47,018 nucleotides of DNA from Microbacteriaceae bacterium UBA6152 (GCA_002423075.1 DIUS01000101.1:1-47018), one strand, 5' to 3'. Positions 1 to 8,638 are shown, numbered from the stretch's first letter. Notes: generated by a model not told the origin, from the sequence alone. Made by a program: numbers and translations.

Positions 1-25
1 GGAGTTCGAGTCTCTCCGGGCGCGC
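1..25 (+). tRNA. 3' end (T-arm and acceptor strand) of tRNA, probably tRNA-Arg(ACG); also attL core; the rest lies upstream of the window
   Basis: GAG-TTCGAGT-CTC T-loop followed by CGGGCGC-G acceptor strand; the attR copy extends to CAGAAGGTTGG, typical of actinobacterial tRNA-Arg(ACG); anticodon not visible. Confidence 0.8.
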
Positions 26-244
26 AATCCCTTGTTCGAGCCATTCGAGTGGCACGCCGGTGACGTGAGCGAACGCTATCAGTTGCGTTCGGTTCGGTCG
101 CCGCTTGCCGTTGATCCAGAGACTCACGCTCTCGCGCGACATCTCCATACGATCGGCGGCCTCTTGAACCGTGAGCTCGCTCTCTCGTAGTGCCTTGCGC
201 ATGTAGTCGGCTAGGTCGAACCTCAGCCCGGTTGTGATCGTCAT
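1..244 (-). CDS. XRE-family HTH immunity repressor, reading through the att core (3' end outside window)
   Basis: Manual translation: MTITTGLRFDLADYMRKALRESELTVQEAADRMEMSRESVSLWINGKRRPNRTQLIAFAHVTGVPLEWLEQGIARPERLEL; classic HTH_3 pattern; absent from the ORF track because no stop lies in the window. Confidence 0.9.
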   Translation of the reverse strand, partial: MTITTGLRFDLADYMRKALRESELTVQEAADRMEMSRESVSLWINGKRRPNRTQLIAFAHVTGVPLEWLEQGIARPERLEL

Positions 245-280
245 GCGGCCCAGTTTGGCAGATTGCACGGCTCTCTACAA
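245..280 (-). promoter_or_regulatory. Putative leaderless repressor promoter
   Basis: Minus strand TTGTAG-17 nt-CAAACT-7 nt-ATG(244). Confidence 0.6.
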
Positions 281-288
281 GACACGCC

Positions 289-335
289 CAAACCGAGGTA
301 GCAAACCGAGATACGCATATGCGTACACTGTGCGC
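289..335 (+). promoter_or_regulatory. Early rightward promoter with candidate operator
   Basis: Perfect palindrome TACGCATATGCGTA (312-325) overlapping -10 TACACT (324-329), 6 nt before ATG 336; direct repeats CAAACCGAG(G/A)TA at 289 and 302. Confidence 0.6.
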
Positions 336-458
336 ATGACCACTCCCCCGAAGACCCCGCACCCCGCGCTGGTGCTCTCGACCCTCACCGTCGCCGCGAT
401 CTCGATCGCCACGATCTTCTGGATGCTCGCCTCGATCAGCTGGCAGATCGTCCCGTGA
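336..458 (+). CDS. Small phage membrane protein (40 aa)
   Basis: MTTPPKTPHPALVLSTLTVAAISIATIFWMLASISWQIVP; one TM helix; GTGA overlap with next gene. Confidence 0.65.
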   Translation: MTTPPKTPHPALVLSTLTVAAISIATIFWMLASISWQIVP

Positions 459-1030
459 GTGTCGAGACGCTCGCGATCGCGCTGAACCACTCGAGAGCGA
501 CCGGCACAGCCAAGGTCGTGATGCTCGGCATCGCCAACCATGACGGCGACGGCGGCGCCTGGCCCTCGGTCGACACGCTCGCGGGCTACGCAAACGTCGC
601 ACGCCGCAATGTGCAGATGGCGCTCAGGCGGCTCCAGGAACTGGGCGAGATCGAGGTCGTGCTGCAGGGCGGGGGCGATCACAGCATGGCCGACACGCAC
701 CGACCGAACCTCTATCGTGTGCTGCTCCAATGCCCCTCGAATTGCGACCGCACCAAGAACCACCGCACCAAGCGGGAGCGCGCAGTCGACCTGTTCATAA
801 CCGGGGTGACGACAGCATCACCGGGTGACGATTCCGGCACGTTAGGGGTGACGACAGCATCACCCGAACCATCCCTTAACCCAAGACCAAGACTTAACAA
901 GAAACCTCACCATTCCGCGCGCGAGGAATCGACACCGCGCCGAGGGCGATGCGGCCACGAGATGGTCACCGATCGCCACTGCGAGATGGGCTGCTCAGCA
1001 GCACGAGTCGGCGAGGCGGTGCTCGCATGA
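455..1030 (+). CDS. Phage replication initiator (N-terminal winged HTH)
   Basis: AKVVMLGIANH..AWPSVDTLA..RRNVQMALRRLQELGEI..NLY pattern; internal iterons. Confidence 0.8.
   Translation: MSVETLAIALNHSRATGTAKVVMLGIANHDGDGGAWPSVDTLAGYANVARRNVQMALRRLQELGEIEVVLQGGGDHSMADTHRPNLYRVLLQCPSNCDRTKNHRTKRERAVDLFITGVTTASPGDDSGTLGVTTASPEPSLNPRPRLNKKPHHSAREESTPRRGRCGHEMVTDRHCEMGCSAARVGEAVLA
803..864 (+). repeat. Iterons of the putative phage replication origin
   Basis: GGGGTGACGACAGCATCACC exact at 803-822 and 845-864, degenerate copy between, followed by an A/C-rich tract. Confidence 0.75.
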
Positions 1031-1359
1031 CCTACGAGGACCTCGTGCCGGTGAAGACCTGGCTACCGGCGAGCACGTATCGTGCGTGGGCGCGGAAGGC
1101 TCGCGAGCTTGACACCGACGTTGGGACGCTGCTCGCGCAGAAGGCATCGGCATCAGTCAAGCGTCCGAGCACTCCGCCACCGGCCGAGCCTCAACGTCGC
1201 ACCTGGGTTCGGATGACCGAGGAGCGCATGGACTACGCCCGCCAGCTCGCCGAGCTCGGCTACAGCCAGCGCGAGATCGCCAAGACGATCGGGGTCTCCT
1301 ACTCGAGCATGTCGAACCACTGGCATCAGATCATCCGAGGAATGGAGCAGACAGCGTGA
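1027..1359 (+). CDS. DNA-binding protein (RHH-like N-terminus, C-terminal HTH)
   Basis: VPVKTWLPASTYRAWARKA and LAELGYSQREIAKTIGVSYSSMSNH; ATGA overlap. Confidence 0.75.
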   Translation: MTYEDLVPVKTWLPASTYRAWARKARELDTDVGTLLAQKASASVKRPSTPPPAEPQRRTWVRMTEERMDYARQLAELGYSQREIAKTIGVSYSSMSNHWHQIIRGMEQTA

Positions 1360-1640
1360 GCACCAGCACCCGGCCCGAATGGTCGACGGTCACCACGTGG
1401 GACCAGCTCGACAAGATCGCCGTCGACTACCGCCACTTGCTCAAGCGGCTCGGCAACGAGGCCGCCCACGTGGTCGACCGGAAGTTCATCGAGCGCACCG
1501 CACTGCAGCTCGAGGCCACCCGCGACCAGATCAGCCTCGGCGGCATCGAGCACGCCACCGCCATGGCTGTGCTGCAGGCCGCCGAGCAGATGTTCCCACT
1601 CGTCAGAGACCTCGTCCGAGCACGAAAGGCCACACCATGA
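1356..1640 (+). CDS. Phage hypothetical protein
   Basis: Coupled ORF, GGAG RBS. Confidence 0.7.
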   Translation: MSTSTRPEWSTVTTWDQLDKIAVDYRHLLKRLGNEAAHVVDRKFIERTALQLEATRDQISLGGIEHATAMAVLQAAEQMFPLVRDLVRARKATP

Positions 1641-1903
1641 CCCCGCACCTTGCCGCCATCGTCACCCGCCCGCCGCTCACCGACGAGCAGCAGGCCGAGC
1701 ACGCGAAGCTGTGGCGCCGCGTCGCCTCGCATCCGTTCGCCCCTCGCCCCGCGATGGCGGCCGGCGTGCTCGAGCTGCGCGTCACCGGCAAGCACGTGCA
1801 CGACTACGCCATGGTGCCCGGCCGAGCCCTCGCCGTCTGCATCCAGTGCGGCGTCACGATGACCAGGATCACCAACGCCACCGAGAAGGGAACACCCGCA
1901 TGA
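1637..1903 (+). CDS. Phage hypothetical protein (HxH..CxxC)
   Basis: ATGA overlap, GAAAGG RBS; KHVHDY...CIQCG. Confidence 0.7.
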   Translation: MTPHLAAIVTRPPLTDEQQAEHAKLWRRVASHPFAPRPAMAAGVLELRVTGKHVHDYAMVPGRALAVCIQCGVTMTRITNATEKGTPA

Positions 1904-2109
1904 CCAGCAAGCCCAAGCCCGCCGCCAAGACCCTCGCCGCCCAGAAGACCTCCGCCGCCGAGAAGCACCCGCGCATGACCGCCGGCCTCGACAACGCATG
2001 TACGGCGCACACGCTCATCGCTGGCGTGCCGATCGAGTGCGAGCTCGCCATCAACCACGCCGGACACCACAGCGGCAACGGCCGCAGCTGGCGACCCACC
2101 CGACCATGA
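1900..2109 (+). CDS. Phage hypothetical protein (C..C..H..H)
   Basis: ATGA overlap, GAAGGGA RBS; MTSKPKPAAK...CELAINHAGHH. Confidence 0.65.
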   Translation: MTSKPKPAAKTLAAQKTSAAEKHPRMTAGLDNACTAHTLIAGVPIECELAINHAGHHSGNGRSWRPTRP

Positions 2110-2411
2110 GCGACCGAGGCCCCGGCCTGCTCGCCGACCCTGCCGCCCCGACCGAACGATGGGGCGGCAGGAAAGCGCAGCAGTACGTGCGGCTCACCCT
2201 CGAGCAGTACGGCTCGGTGTGCTGGCTATGCGGTCTGCCCGGTGCTACCTCAGCCGATCACATCATCCCGAGATCGCAGGGCGGCGCAGTCTACGACCTG
2301 CGCAACCTCGGCCCCGCACACAAGCGATGCAACGAGTCACGAGGCAACCGCGCAGCATCAGGACCGGCCGCGATCATCGAGAACGGCATGCAGTTCTTTA
2401 GTTTGGCCTAG
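2106..2411 (+). CDS. HNH endonuclease (HK97 gp74-like terminase cofactor)
   Basis: CWLCG...ADHIIPRSQGG...NL...HKRCNESRG; directly upstream of terS. Confidence 0.92.
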   Translation: MSDRGPGLLADPAAPTERWGGRKAQQYVRLTLEQYGSVCWLCGLPGATSADHIIPRSQGGAVYDLRNLGPAHKRCNESRGNRAASGPAAIIENGMQFFSLA

Positions 2412-2492
2412 CCCGGAAACCCACGCGCAGCCTTGTCCGTATCCCCCCGAGTCACTCAAGAAAAACCCGAAAACGAGCGGAACGAAGCGACC

Positions 2493-2837
2493 ATGAACGA
2501 ACCGAGCGAGACGCAAGTCACCCTCGCCGGGCTCGAGCTGGAGAGTGAGCAGCCGGGCCGCTCTGGCGCGCTCCGCACCGCAGTCGTCGCCACCATCAAG
2601 GCCCTCCAAGACGAGCGACTGCTCGAACCGCGGCACGCCGCGATGTGCCAGCTCGCACTCGAGCTCGCCGACGCCGTCACGGCCGGAACACGCAGCCGCC
2701 GAGCATCGGCCGCCGCAATGGCCGCCGCGCAGCTGCTCGCCGTACTCAAGGAACTCCCCGCACCGATGGCGGCCGACCTCAAGCAACGCTTCGACCAGTT
2801 CGTCGACTCGCTCGTCAACGGCGACCCCGAGCCGTGA
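2493..2837 (+). CDS. terS: Terminase small subunit
   Basis: Position between HNH and terL; helical 114 aa; overlaps terL start. Confidence 0.75.
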   Translation: MNEPSETQVTLAGLELESEQPGRSGALRTAVVATIKALQDERLLEPRHAAMCQLALELADAVTAGTRSRRASAAAMAAAQLLAVLKELPAPMAADLKQRFDQFVDSLVNGDPEP

Positions 2838-4264
2838 ACGACTGGGCAGGGTTCAAATACTCGACGAAGCGCAACCCCGCCCGTCGATCCATCGGCCCGC
2901 GGCAAGCGAAGATCGCCGCAGCTCTCGGCAAGCCCGGCATGCCGTGGCAGCGCGAAGTCTGGGACGTCGCGGGAGAGCTCGACGACGACGGCAACCTCGT
3001 CTACGAGATCGTCATCGTCACCGTCCCTCGGCAGTCGGGCAAGACGACCCTCTACGGTCCGGTGCAGCTCGACACGTGCATCGTCAACCCCGGCGTCAAG
3101 ACTTTCTACACCGCCCAGACCGGCAAGGATGCCCGCTCACGGTTCGGCGACCTCGTCGCCCTCGTGCAGGACTCACCCCTGCACGCCATCACCCGCTACC
3201 GAGCCTCGCAAGGCGACGAGGGCATGCACTTCCCGAACGGCTCCGCCCTCAAAATCTTCGCCCCCGTCGTCGCCGCACTCCACGGCGAAACCCCGCCACT
3301 CGTCGGCCTCGACGAAATCTGGGAACTCGACGAAGCCCTCGGCGACGCTCTGCTCGAGGGCGCCATCATCCCCGCCCAAGTCACCCTCGCCGGCCGCCGC
3401 CAAGTGTGGATGCTCTCCACCGCTGGCACCGCCCTGTCGACCTTCATGCGCAAGTGGATCGAGCGAGGTCGCGAAGCCGTCGAGAGCGGCGGCGAGAAGT
3501 GGCCCAAGATCGCCTACTTCGAGGCGAGCCTCTTCGACGGCGATGACCCCTACGACCCCGCCGCGATCGCACGATTCCACCCCGCGGTCGGTCACACGGT
3601 CACCGTTGAGGAGCTGCTCGAGGTCGCCTTGGGCGTCACCCGCGCGACCTGGCTGCGCGCGTTCTGCAACGTGTGGACCGAGGCCGTCAATCCTCTCTTC
3701 GCTGCCGAGGACTGGGATGCCCTCGCCGTCGCGCCGACCGGCATCCCTCGCCGTCGCGACCTCACCGTCACCTATGAGGTCGGCGCCGACAACGAGTGCG
3801 GCGCGGTGCTGGCCAGCTGGCGCGACGACGACGGCGCACCATGCGTCCGCGTCTTGCATGCCGCTCCCGGCACCAACTGGATGCACGACCTCATCGTGCA
3901 AATCCGCGACGAGTGGAAGCCCGCCGTGCTCGGCGCCGACGACGGCGGGCCGACACGGCGACTCACCGATCAGCTGCGCCGCACCCTCGGCGACGACGCT
4001 GTAGTGACGACCGGCGTGAAGGACTACGCGACCGCCTGCGAGTCGCTGCTCACCATGGCTCGCGATCGAGAACTCAAGCACGACGGGTCCAAGACCCTCT
4101 CGAACGCCATCGCCCACCTCGTGCTCAAGCGCGTCGGTGACACGACCAAGTTCAGCCGCAACGATTCGACCGGCCCGATACCCGGAATCATCGCCGCCGC
4201 GGTCGGCATCTGGCTCCACGACCACCGGACCGTCGACGTCGGCAAACCGGTCATCTACACCTGA
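2834..4264 (+). CDS. terL: Terminase large subunit
   Basis: MPWQ Q-motif, Walker A VPRQSGKT, Walker B VGLDE, STAG coupling motif; GTG start overlaps terS stop. Confidence 0.95.
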   Translation: MNDWAGFKYSTKRNPARRSIGPRQAKIAAALGKPGMPWQREVWDVAGELDDDGNLVYEIVIVTVPRQSGKTTLYGPVQLDTCIVNPGVKTFYTAQTGKDARSRFGDLVALVQDSPLHAITRYRASQGDEGMHFPNGSALKIFAPVVAALHGETPPLVGLDEIWELDEALGDALLEGAIIPAQVTLAGRRQVWMLSTAGTALSTFMRKWIERGREAVESGGEKWPKIAYFEASLFDGDDPYDPAAIARFHPAVGHTVTVEELLEVALGVTRATWLRAFCNVWTEAVNPLFAAEDWDALAVAPTGIPRRRDLTVTYEVGADNECGAVLASWRDDDGAPCVRVLHAAPGTNWMHDLIVQIRDEWKPAVLGADDGGPTRRLTDQLRRTLGDDAVVTTGVKDYATACESLLTMARDRELKHDGSKTLSNAIAHLVLKRVGDTTKFSRNDSTGPIPGIIAAAVGIWLHDHRTVDVGKPVIYT

Positions 4265-4322
4265 ATGCGCAAAGTTGCACGACACGCCGTGCAATGTGGA
4301 GCATTCGACGCGACGGCGCATT

Positions 4323-5462
4323 GTGGCACTCGTGCCCGTCATCGACCGCCTCGCGAACCGTCTCGGTTTCACGCGCCTCGTGCGCGACACCGCCTCGAGC
4401 TACAGCTCGGCATGGACCGACAGCTCGCATCTCGCGCAGCTCGCCTTCGAGTCTTTCTACGGCCAGATGGGGAAGTACATCCCCGCCAGCCGCAGCAACG
4501 CCATGCGCATCGGCTCGGTCGCGAACCTCCGCCACCTGATCACCGGCATGGTCAGCCGCCTGCCCCTCTTCGCCAAAGTCAACGGCAAGCGAGCCGAGCA
4601 GCAGCCTGTGCTGCTCTCGCAGATGGAACGCGGCACACCGATCGCGACCACCCTGCAGTGGGTCGTCGATGATCTGATCTTCTACCCCCACTCCTGGCTC
4701 GTCGTCCGCGAGCGCGACTTCTACCGCTGGCCGACCTGGGTCGAGCGAGTACCGCACGGCAAGGCCCGGTTCAACTCGGACGGCTGGCTGATCGGCATCG
4801 AGGGCGAAAACGTCAAACCCGAAGACGTCATCCGCATCGACTCCCCGCTCGGCGCGGGCCTTCTCGTCAACGCCGCCGAGCCGATCAAGCGGGCGATCGC
4901 GCTCGAGCTTGCCGCCGCTCTCGCAGAAGACAACCCCGTGCCGACTGTCGAGCTCCACGACGAGGGCGGCAACGAAGCCCTCAAGAACGATGAGATCGAG
5001 GAGCTACTCGAGTCCTGGTCGAGCAGCCGCCGCAAGCGTGGCGTCGCCTACACGCCGAAGCGCATCAAGGTCATCCCCCACGGCCAGCACACCGCGCAGC
5101 TGCTCATCGACGGCCGCAAAGCGATCGAGCTCACCCTCGTGCGGCACATGAACGCCCCAGCCTGGGCGGCATCGAACGCGGTAGAGGGCGCGACGATGAC
5201 CTACGACAACCGCTCGCTCCGCAACTGGGAACTCATCGACATCACCCTGCACTCGTACACGACCGCCATCGACGGTCGCCTGTCGCTCTCCGACATCACC
5301 CCCCGCGGCTGGGCTGTCGAGTTCGAGCTCGACGAGCTCACCCGCCCCGACCAAGAGACCCGATTCAAGACGTACGCGATCGGCAAGAAGCACGGCTTCA
5401 TCGACGACGCATGGATCGCCGAGCAAGAGGGCTGGCATGCGCCCTCGGAAGGATCACGATGA
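4323..5462 (+). CDS. Portal protein (HK97 family)
   Basis: Position after terL; ITGMVSRLPL, EDVIRI, MTYDN, ELTRPDQETRF motifs; start approximate. Confidence 0.9.
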   Translation: MALVPVIDRLANRLGFTRLVRDTASSYSSAWTDSSHLAQLAFESFYGQMGKYIPASRSNAMRIGSVANLRHLITGMVSRLPLFAKVNGKRAEQQPVLLSQMERGTPIATTLQWVVDDLIFYPHSWLVVRERDFYRWPTWVERVPHGKARFNSDGWLIGIEGENVKPEDVIRIDSPLGAGLLVNAAEPIKRAIALELAAALAEDNPVPTVELHDEGGNEALKNDEIEELLESWSSSRRKRGVAYTPKRIKVIPHGQHTAQLLIDGRKAIELTLVRHMNAPAWAASNAVEGATMTYDNRSLRNWELIDITLHSYTTAIDGRLSLSDITPRGWAVEFELDELTRPDQETRFKTYAIGKKHGFIDDAWIAEQEGWHAPSEGSR

Positions 5463-7189
5463 ACCGCGCCCAACTCGACGCGCTACTGCGCGCCGGACTC
5501 ATCACCGCCGAGCAGCACACGACCGCGCTCGCCACCATCACCCCCACCGGCATGGTCGCCGAGCGACCCCAGCTCACCGTCGAGCTCGCCGCCGACGATG
5601 TCGAGTTCTCGACCGATTCACGCACCGTCACCGGCATCGTCACGATCTACGAGCAGTACATCCCTTCGCACCACATGGTGCTGCACACCGGATGCATGCA
5701 ACCGCGACAGCCGCTGTCGCGCGTGAAGCTCCTGCGCGATCACAACCACGCCGACCCGATCGGCTACATGACCGAGCTCGACCCCGAGACCATGATCGCC
5801 ACGTTCTACATCCCCGAAGGGGAGAACGGCGACAAGGCTCTCGCCGAAGCGCAGAACGGCCTGCGCGACGGCATGAGCGTCGGCTGGACCACCCTCGAGT
5901 ACGACATCGACGACGACTGGATGATCCACATTCGCGCCGCCGACTTCTACGAGACGAGCCTCTGTGCCCTCCCCGCCATCGCCGATGCCGGGGTGATCAA
6001 TGTTGCCGCCGCACTGGCAACGTCACGAAAGGAACACCGCATCATGAACCGAGCCCAGCTCGCGGCGGCACTGGCCGCAGGCAAGATCACGCAGGAGCAG
6101 CACGACACCGCGCTCACCGCCTTCGAGGCGACCGAGCAGTTGGCCGGCCCCGCGCCAGCCGCACCGATCACGGCAGCAGTCGCCGCCGGTCCCGAGCTGC
6201 AGACGCAGCAGCCGACGGGCGTCACCGTCATCGAGCCCAAGCTCACCCTCGAGGGCGTCGTCCGACAGATGTCGGCCGCAGCCTCGACCGGGCGACTCAG
6301 CGACTTCCAGCTCGCCCTGTCGAACGTGCTCCCCTCGGACGACGCGGGCGAAGCGTTCACCCGCCCCGAGTGGCTCGACGAGCTGTTCACGGCAAGCGAC
6401 GAGACCCGCACCTGGGTCAACGCCATCGGCCAGCCCGAGATGATGACGAAGTTCAAGGGCGAGGGCTGGCGCTGGGGAGACACCCCCGACGTCGACGAGT
6501 ACGACGGCGACGACGCGACCGAAGTCCCCTCGAACGACGTCAGCACCGAGCCCGTCGTCTTCACCGGTTGGGGAGTCGCCGCAGGCTGGGGCATGCCCCG
6601 CCAGCTCATCGACTTCGCCGACGAGGAGCTCACCCGCTCGTTCTGGCAGGCAGTCGGCCGCAACTACCAGCGCAAGACCAACGTCGGCACCCGCACCCGC
6701 GTGCTGGCCGCCGCGTTCGCAGCTGGTGCGACCCTCGCCTCGGCGGGCGGCTCCGCGTCCGTCGCGACCGGCAACGCTGTGGCCCTCATCAAGCAGCTCG
6801 TCCGCGACGTGCGCGCGATCGAGGGCGGTCGCGCCAACCGCGTGTTCCTCGGCGCGACGCAGTTCGGCCTGCTCGAGGACCTCCCGACCGACAACCTGCC
6901 GCTCTGGCTGAAGTCGGCAGAGATCACCCTCGACATCACCGAGGGCGTCGCGCAGACCGCAGGCGGCAAGCTGATCGTCACCCACGACCCGGCACTCGCC
7001 GCCAACCAGGGCGTCGCGTTCGACAGCCGCGCGATGACGCTCAAGGAGAAGGCGCCGCTGCAGCTCTCGGCGATCTCCGTCTCGCACGGCAAGGTCGACG
7101 TCGGCGTGTTCGGATACATGCGCCTCGACACCCACGACCCGCGCCTGGTCATCAAGCGCACCGCGGGCGAGACGCTGCCGACGCCGTAA
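5459..7189 (+). CDS. Prohead protease-major capsid protein fusion, with internal in-frame start at 6044
   Basis: HK97 protease motifs LLRDHNHADPIG, GLRDGMSVG, YETSLCALPA; C-terminal capsid-sized region; no stop between them. Confidence 0.9.
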   Translation: MNRAQLDALLRAGLITAEQHTTALATITPTGMVAERPQLTVELAADDVEFSTDSRTVTGIVTIYEQYIPSHHMVLHTGCMQPRQPLSRVKLLRDHNHADPIGYMTELDPETMIATFYIPEGENGDKALAEAQNGLRDGMSVGWTTLEYDIDDDWMIHIRAADFYETSLCALPAIADAGVINVAAALATSRKEHRIMNRAQLAAALAAGKITQEQHDTALTAFEATEQLAGPAPAAPITAAVAAGPELQTQQPTGVTVIEPKLTLEGVVRQMSAAASTGRLSDFQLALSNVLPSDDAGEAFTRPEWLDELFTASDETRTWVNAIGQPEMMTKFKGEGWRWGDTPDVDEYDGDDATEVPSNDVSTEPVVFTGWGVAAGWGMPRQLIDFADEELTRSFWQAVGRNYQRKTNVGTRTRVLAAAFAAGATLASAGGSASVATGNAVALIKQLVRDVRAIEGGRANRVFLGATQFGLLEDLPTDNLPLWLKSAEITLDITEGVAQTAGGKLIVTHDPALAANQGVAFDSRAMTLKEKAPLQLSAISVSHGKVDVGVFGYMRLDTHDPRLVIKRTAGETLPTP

Positions 7190-7194
7190 CCGAC

Positions 7195-7230
7195 CGCTGC
7201 CCGCCCGACTGGCACGCCGGGCGGGCAGCG
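7195..7230 (+). terminator. 13-bp GC stem-loop after the capsid gene
   Basis: CGCTGCCCGCCCG...CGGGCGGGCAGCG; no U-tract. Confidence 0.65.
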
Positions 7231-7250
7231 CAACACCCGAGAGGAGCATC

Positions 7251-7571
7251 ATGACCACCTGGCACGATCGGACCAGCCTGCGAGCCCGTTGGTCGAACGC
7301 GCCCACCTCGGACGCGCTCCTCGATGACCTGCTCGACGTCGCCAAGCACCAAGTCATCGAGTACGCCCCGGTTCTCGCCGAGGGTGCGCCAGTACCGACC
7401 CGATACCGCTACGCCCAATACATGCAGGCTGTCGCCTTGTGGAACGCGCAGAAGGCCGGCCCCACCGACGACGCCATGGGCGGCGAAAGTTTCCAGGTGC
7501 GGGTCTACCCGATGGATGCCACAATTCGCCGGATCATCCGCCCCACTGCCGGTGTGCCGAGGGTCGGATGA
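7251..7571 (+). CDS. Head-to-tail adaptor
   Basis: GAGGAG RBS; position; C-terminal IRRIIRP..GVPRVG. Confidence 0.75.
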   Translation: MTTWHDRTSLRARWSNAPTSDALLDDLLDVAKHQVIEYAPVLAEGAPVPTRYRYAQYMQAVALWNAQKAGPTDDAMGGESFQVRVYPMDATIRRIIRPTAGVPRVG

Positions 7572-7975
7572 TGAGCGTCTACAGTCGCAAGCAGTTCGGA
7601 GACCGGCTCACGGCCGACCTCGCCACGGCAACCCTCACCGGCTACAAGGTAGTGCCCGACCCCCGCGCGATCGACCTTGACGATCCGAGCATCCGTTGCG
7701 TGCTGCAGATCGTCCGGCAACGCATCGTGCCCTCCCCCGAAAACCCGCGCGGTGGATTTGGCGAGACACACGAGCTCTGGGTCGTGACCAGCGTGACCGA
7801 CCCCGACCTCGTCGAGGATGCCCTCGACGACCGCCTCGCCGAAGTCATCGAGATTCTCGACGAGATTCCCTTCATCACGTGGAGCTCAGCCGAGCGCCGC
7901 ATCCACGGCTCGAACCGCCACGCCTTCATGATCAGCATCCAACTCGAAACTCAGAAAGAAGAATCCGATGACTGA
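7568..7975 (+). CDS. Tail terminator-like protein
   Basis: Position before the major tail gene; 135 aa. Confidence 0.65.
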   Translation: MMSVYSRKQFGDRLTADLATATLTGYKVVPDPRAIDLDDPSIRCVLQIVRQRIVPSPENPRGGFGETHELWVVTSVTDPDLVEDALDDRLAEVIEILDEIPFITWSSAERRIHGSNRHAFMISIQLETQKEESDD

Positions 7976-8630
7976 GATCCTCTCCACCGCCAAGGCCGTC
8001 ACCCGCCTCTCGATCAAGATCGGCACCGACGACTACGTGCGTCACTGCAGCAACGCCGAGATCATCCCCACCCGCCCCGTCGCCACCTTCAAGGGCGGCA
8101 ACCCCGAGGCGCACTCGCACGACGTCGGCGCCGCCAGCTACATGCTGGCGCTGTCATTCGTGCACGACTACAACAACCCCGACAGCCTCTACCGCTTCCT
8201 GCTCGAGCACGGCGGCGAGACGGCCGAGTTCACCTACAAGCCCGACCGTGACGGCGACCTCGAGGCCACCGTCACCGCTGTGCTCATCGAGCCCCGCCTC
8301 GGCAACCAAGTCGACCAGAAGGGAACCTCGACACTGCAGATGCCGTGCAGCAAGCCCGTCTACGGCGCACCGACCATCGTGGTGCCCGCGATCACCGGCA
8401 TCACCCCCGACACGGCAGACGCAGACGGCGGCGAGCTGGTCGTCATCACCGGCACCGGCTTCACCGGCGCCACGTCAGTCACGATCGACGGCGAGACGGC
8501 GGAGTTCATCCTCGTCAACAGCCGCACGATCCACGCCGTCGTGCCCGCCGCCACCGCAGGCGAGGCCCTGGTCATCGTCACCAACTCGGCCGGCGCCTCA
8601 CCGGCCGCCACCATCACCCTCACCGCGTAA
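7968..8630 (+). CDS. Major tail protein with C-terminal IPT/TIG Ig-like domain
   Basis: Short tube domain then PAITGITP..GGELVVITGTGFTGATSVTIDG...VVPA...VTN..GAS. Confidence 0.85.
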   Translation: MTEILSTAKAVTRLSIKIGTDDYVRHCSNAEIIPTRPVATFKGGNPEAHSHDVGAASYMLALSFVHDYNNPDSLYRFLLEHGGETAEFTYKPDRDGDLEATVTAVLIEPRLGNQVDQKGTSTLQMPCSKPVYGAPTIVVPAITGITPDTADADGGELVVITGTGFTGATSVTIDGETAEFILVNSRTIHAVVPAATAGEALVIVTNSAGASPAATITLTA

Positions 8631-8638
8631 GCCTCTCC

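Noticed and set aside
5437-7254. 605-aa Arg-rich ORF
   Set aside because: Alternate-frame shadow of the protease-capsid gene
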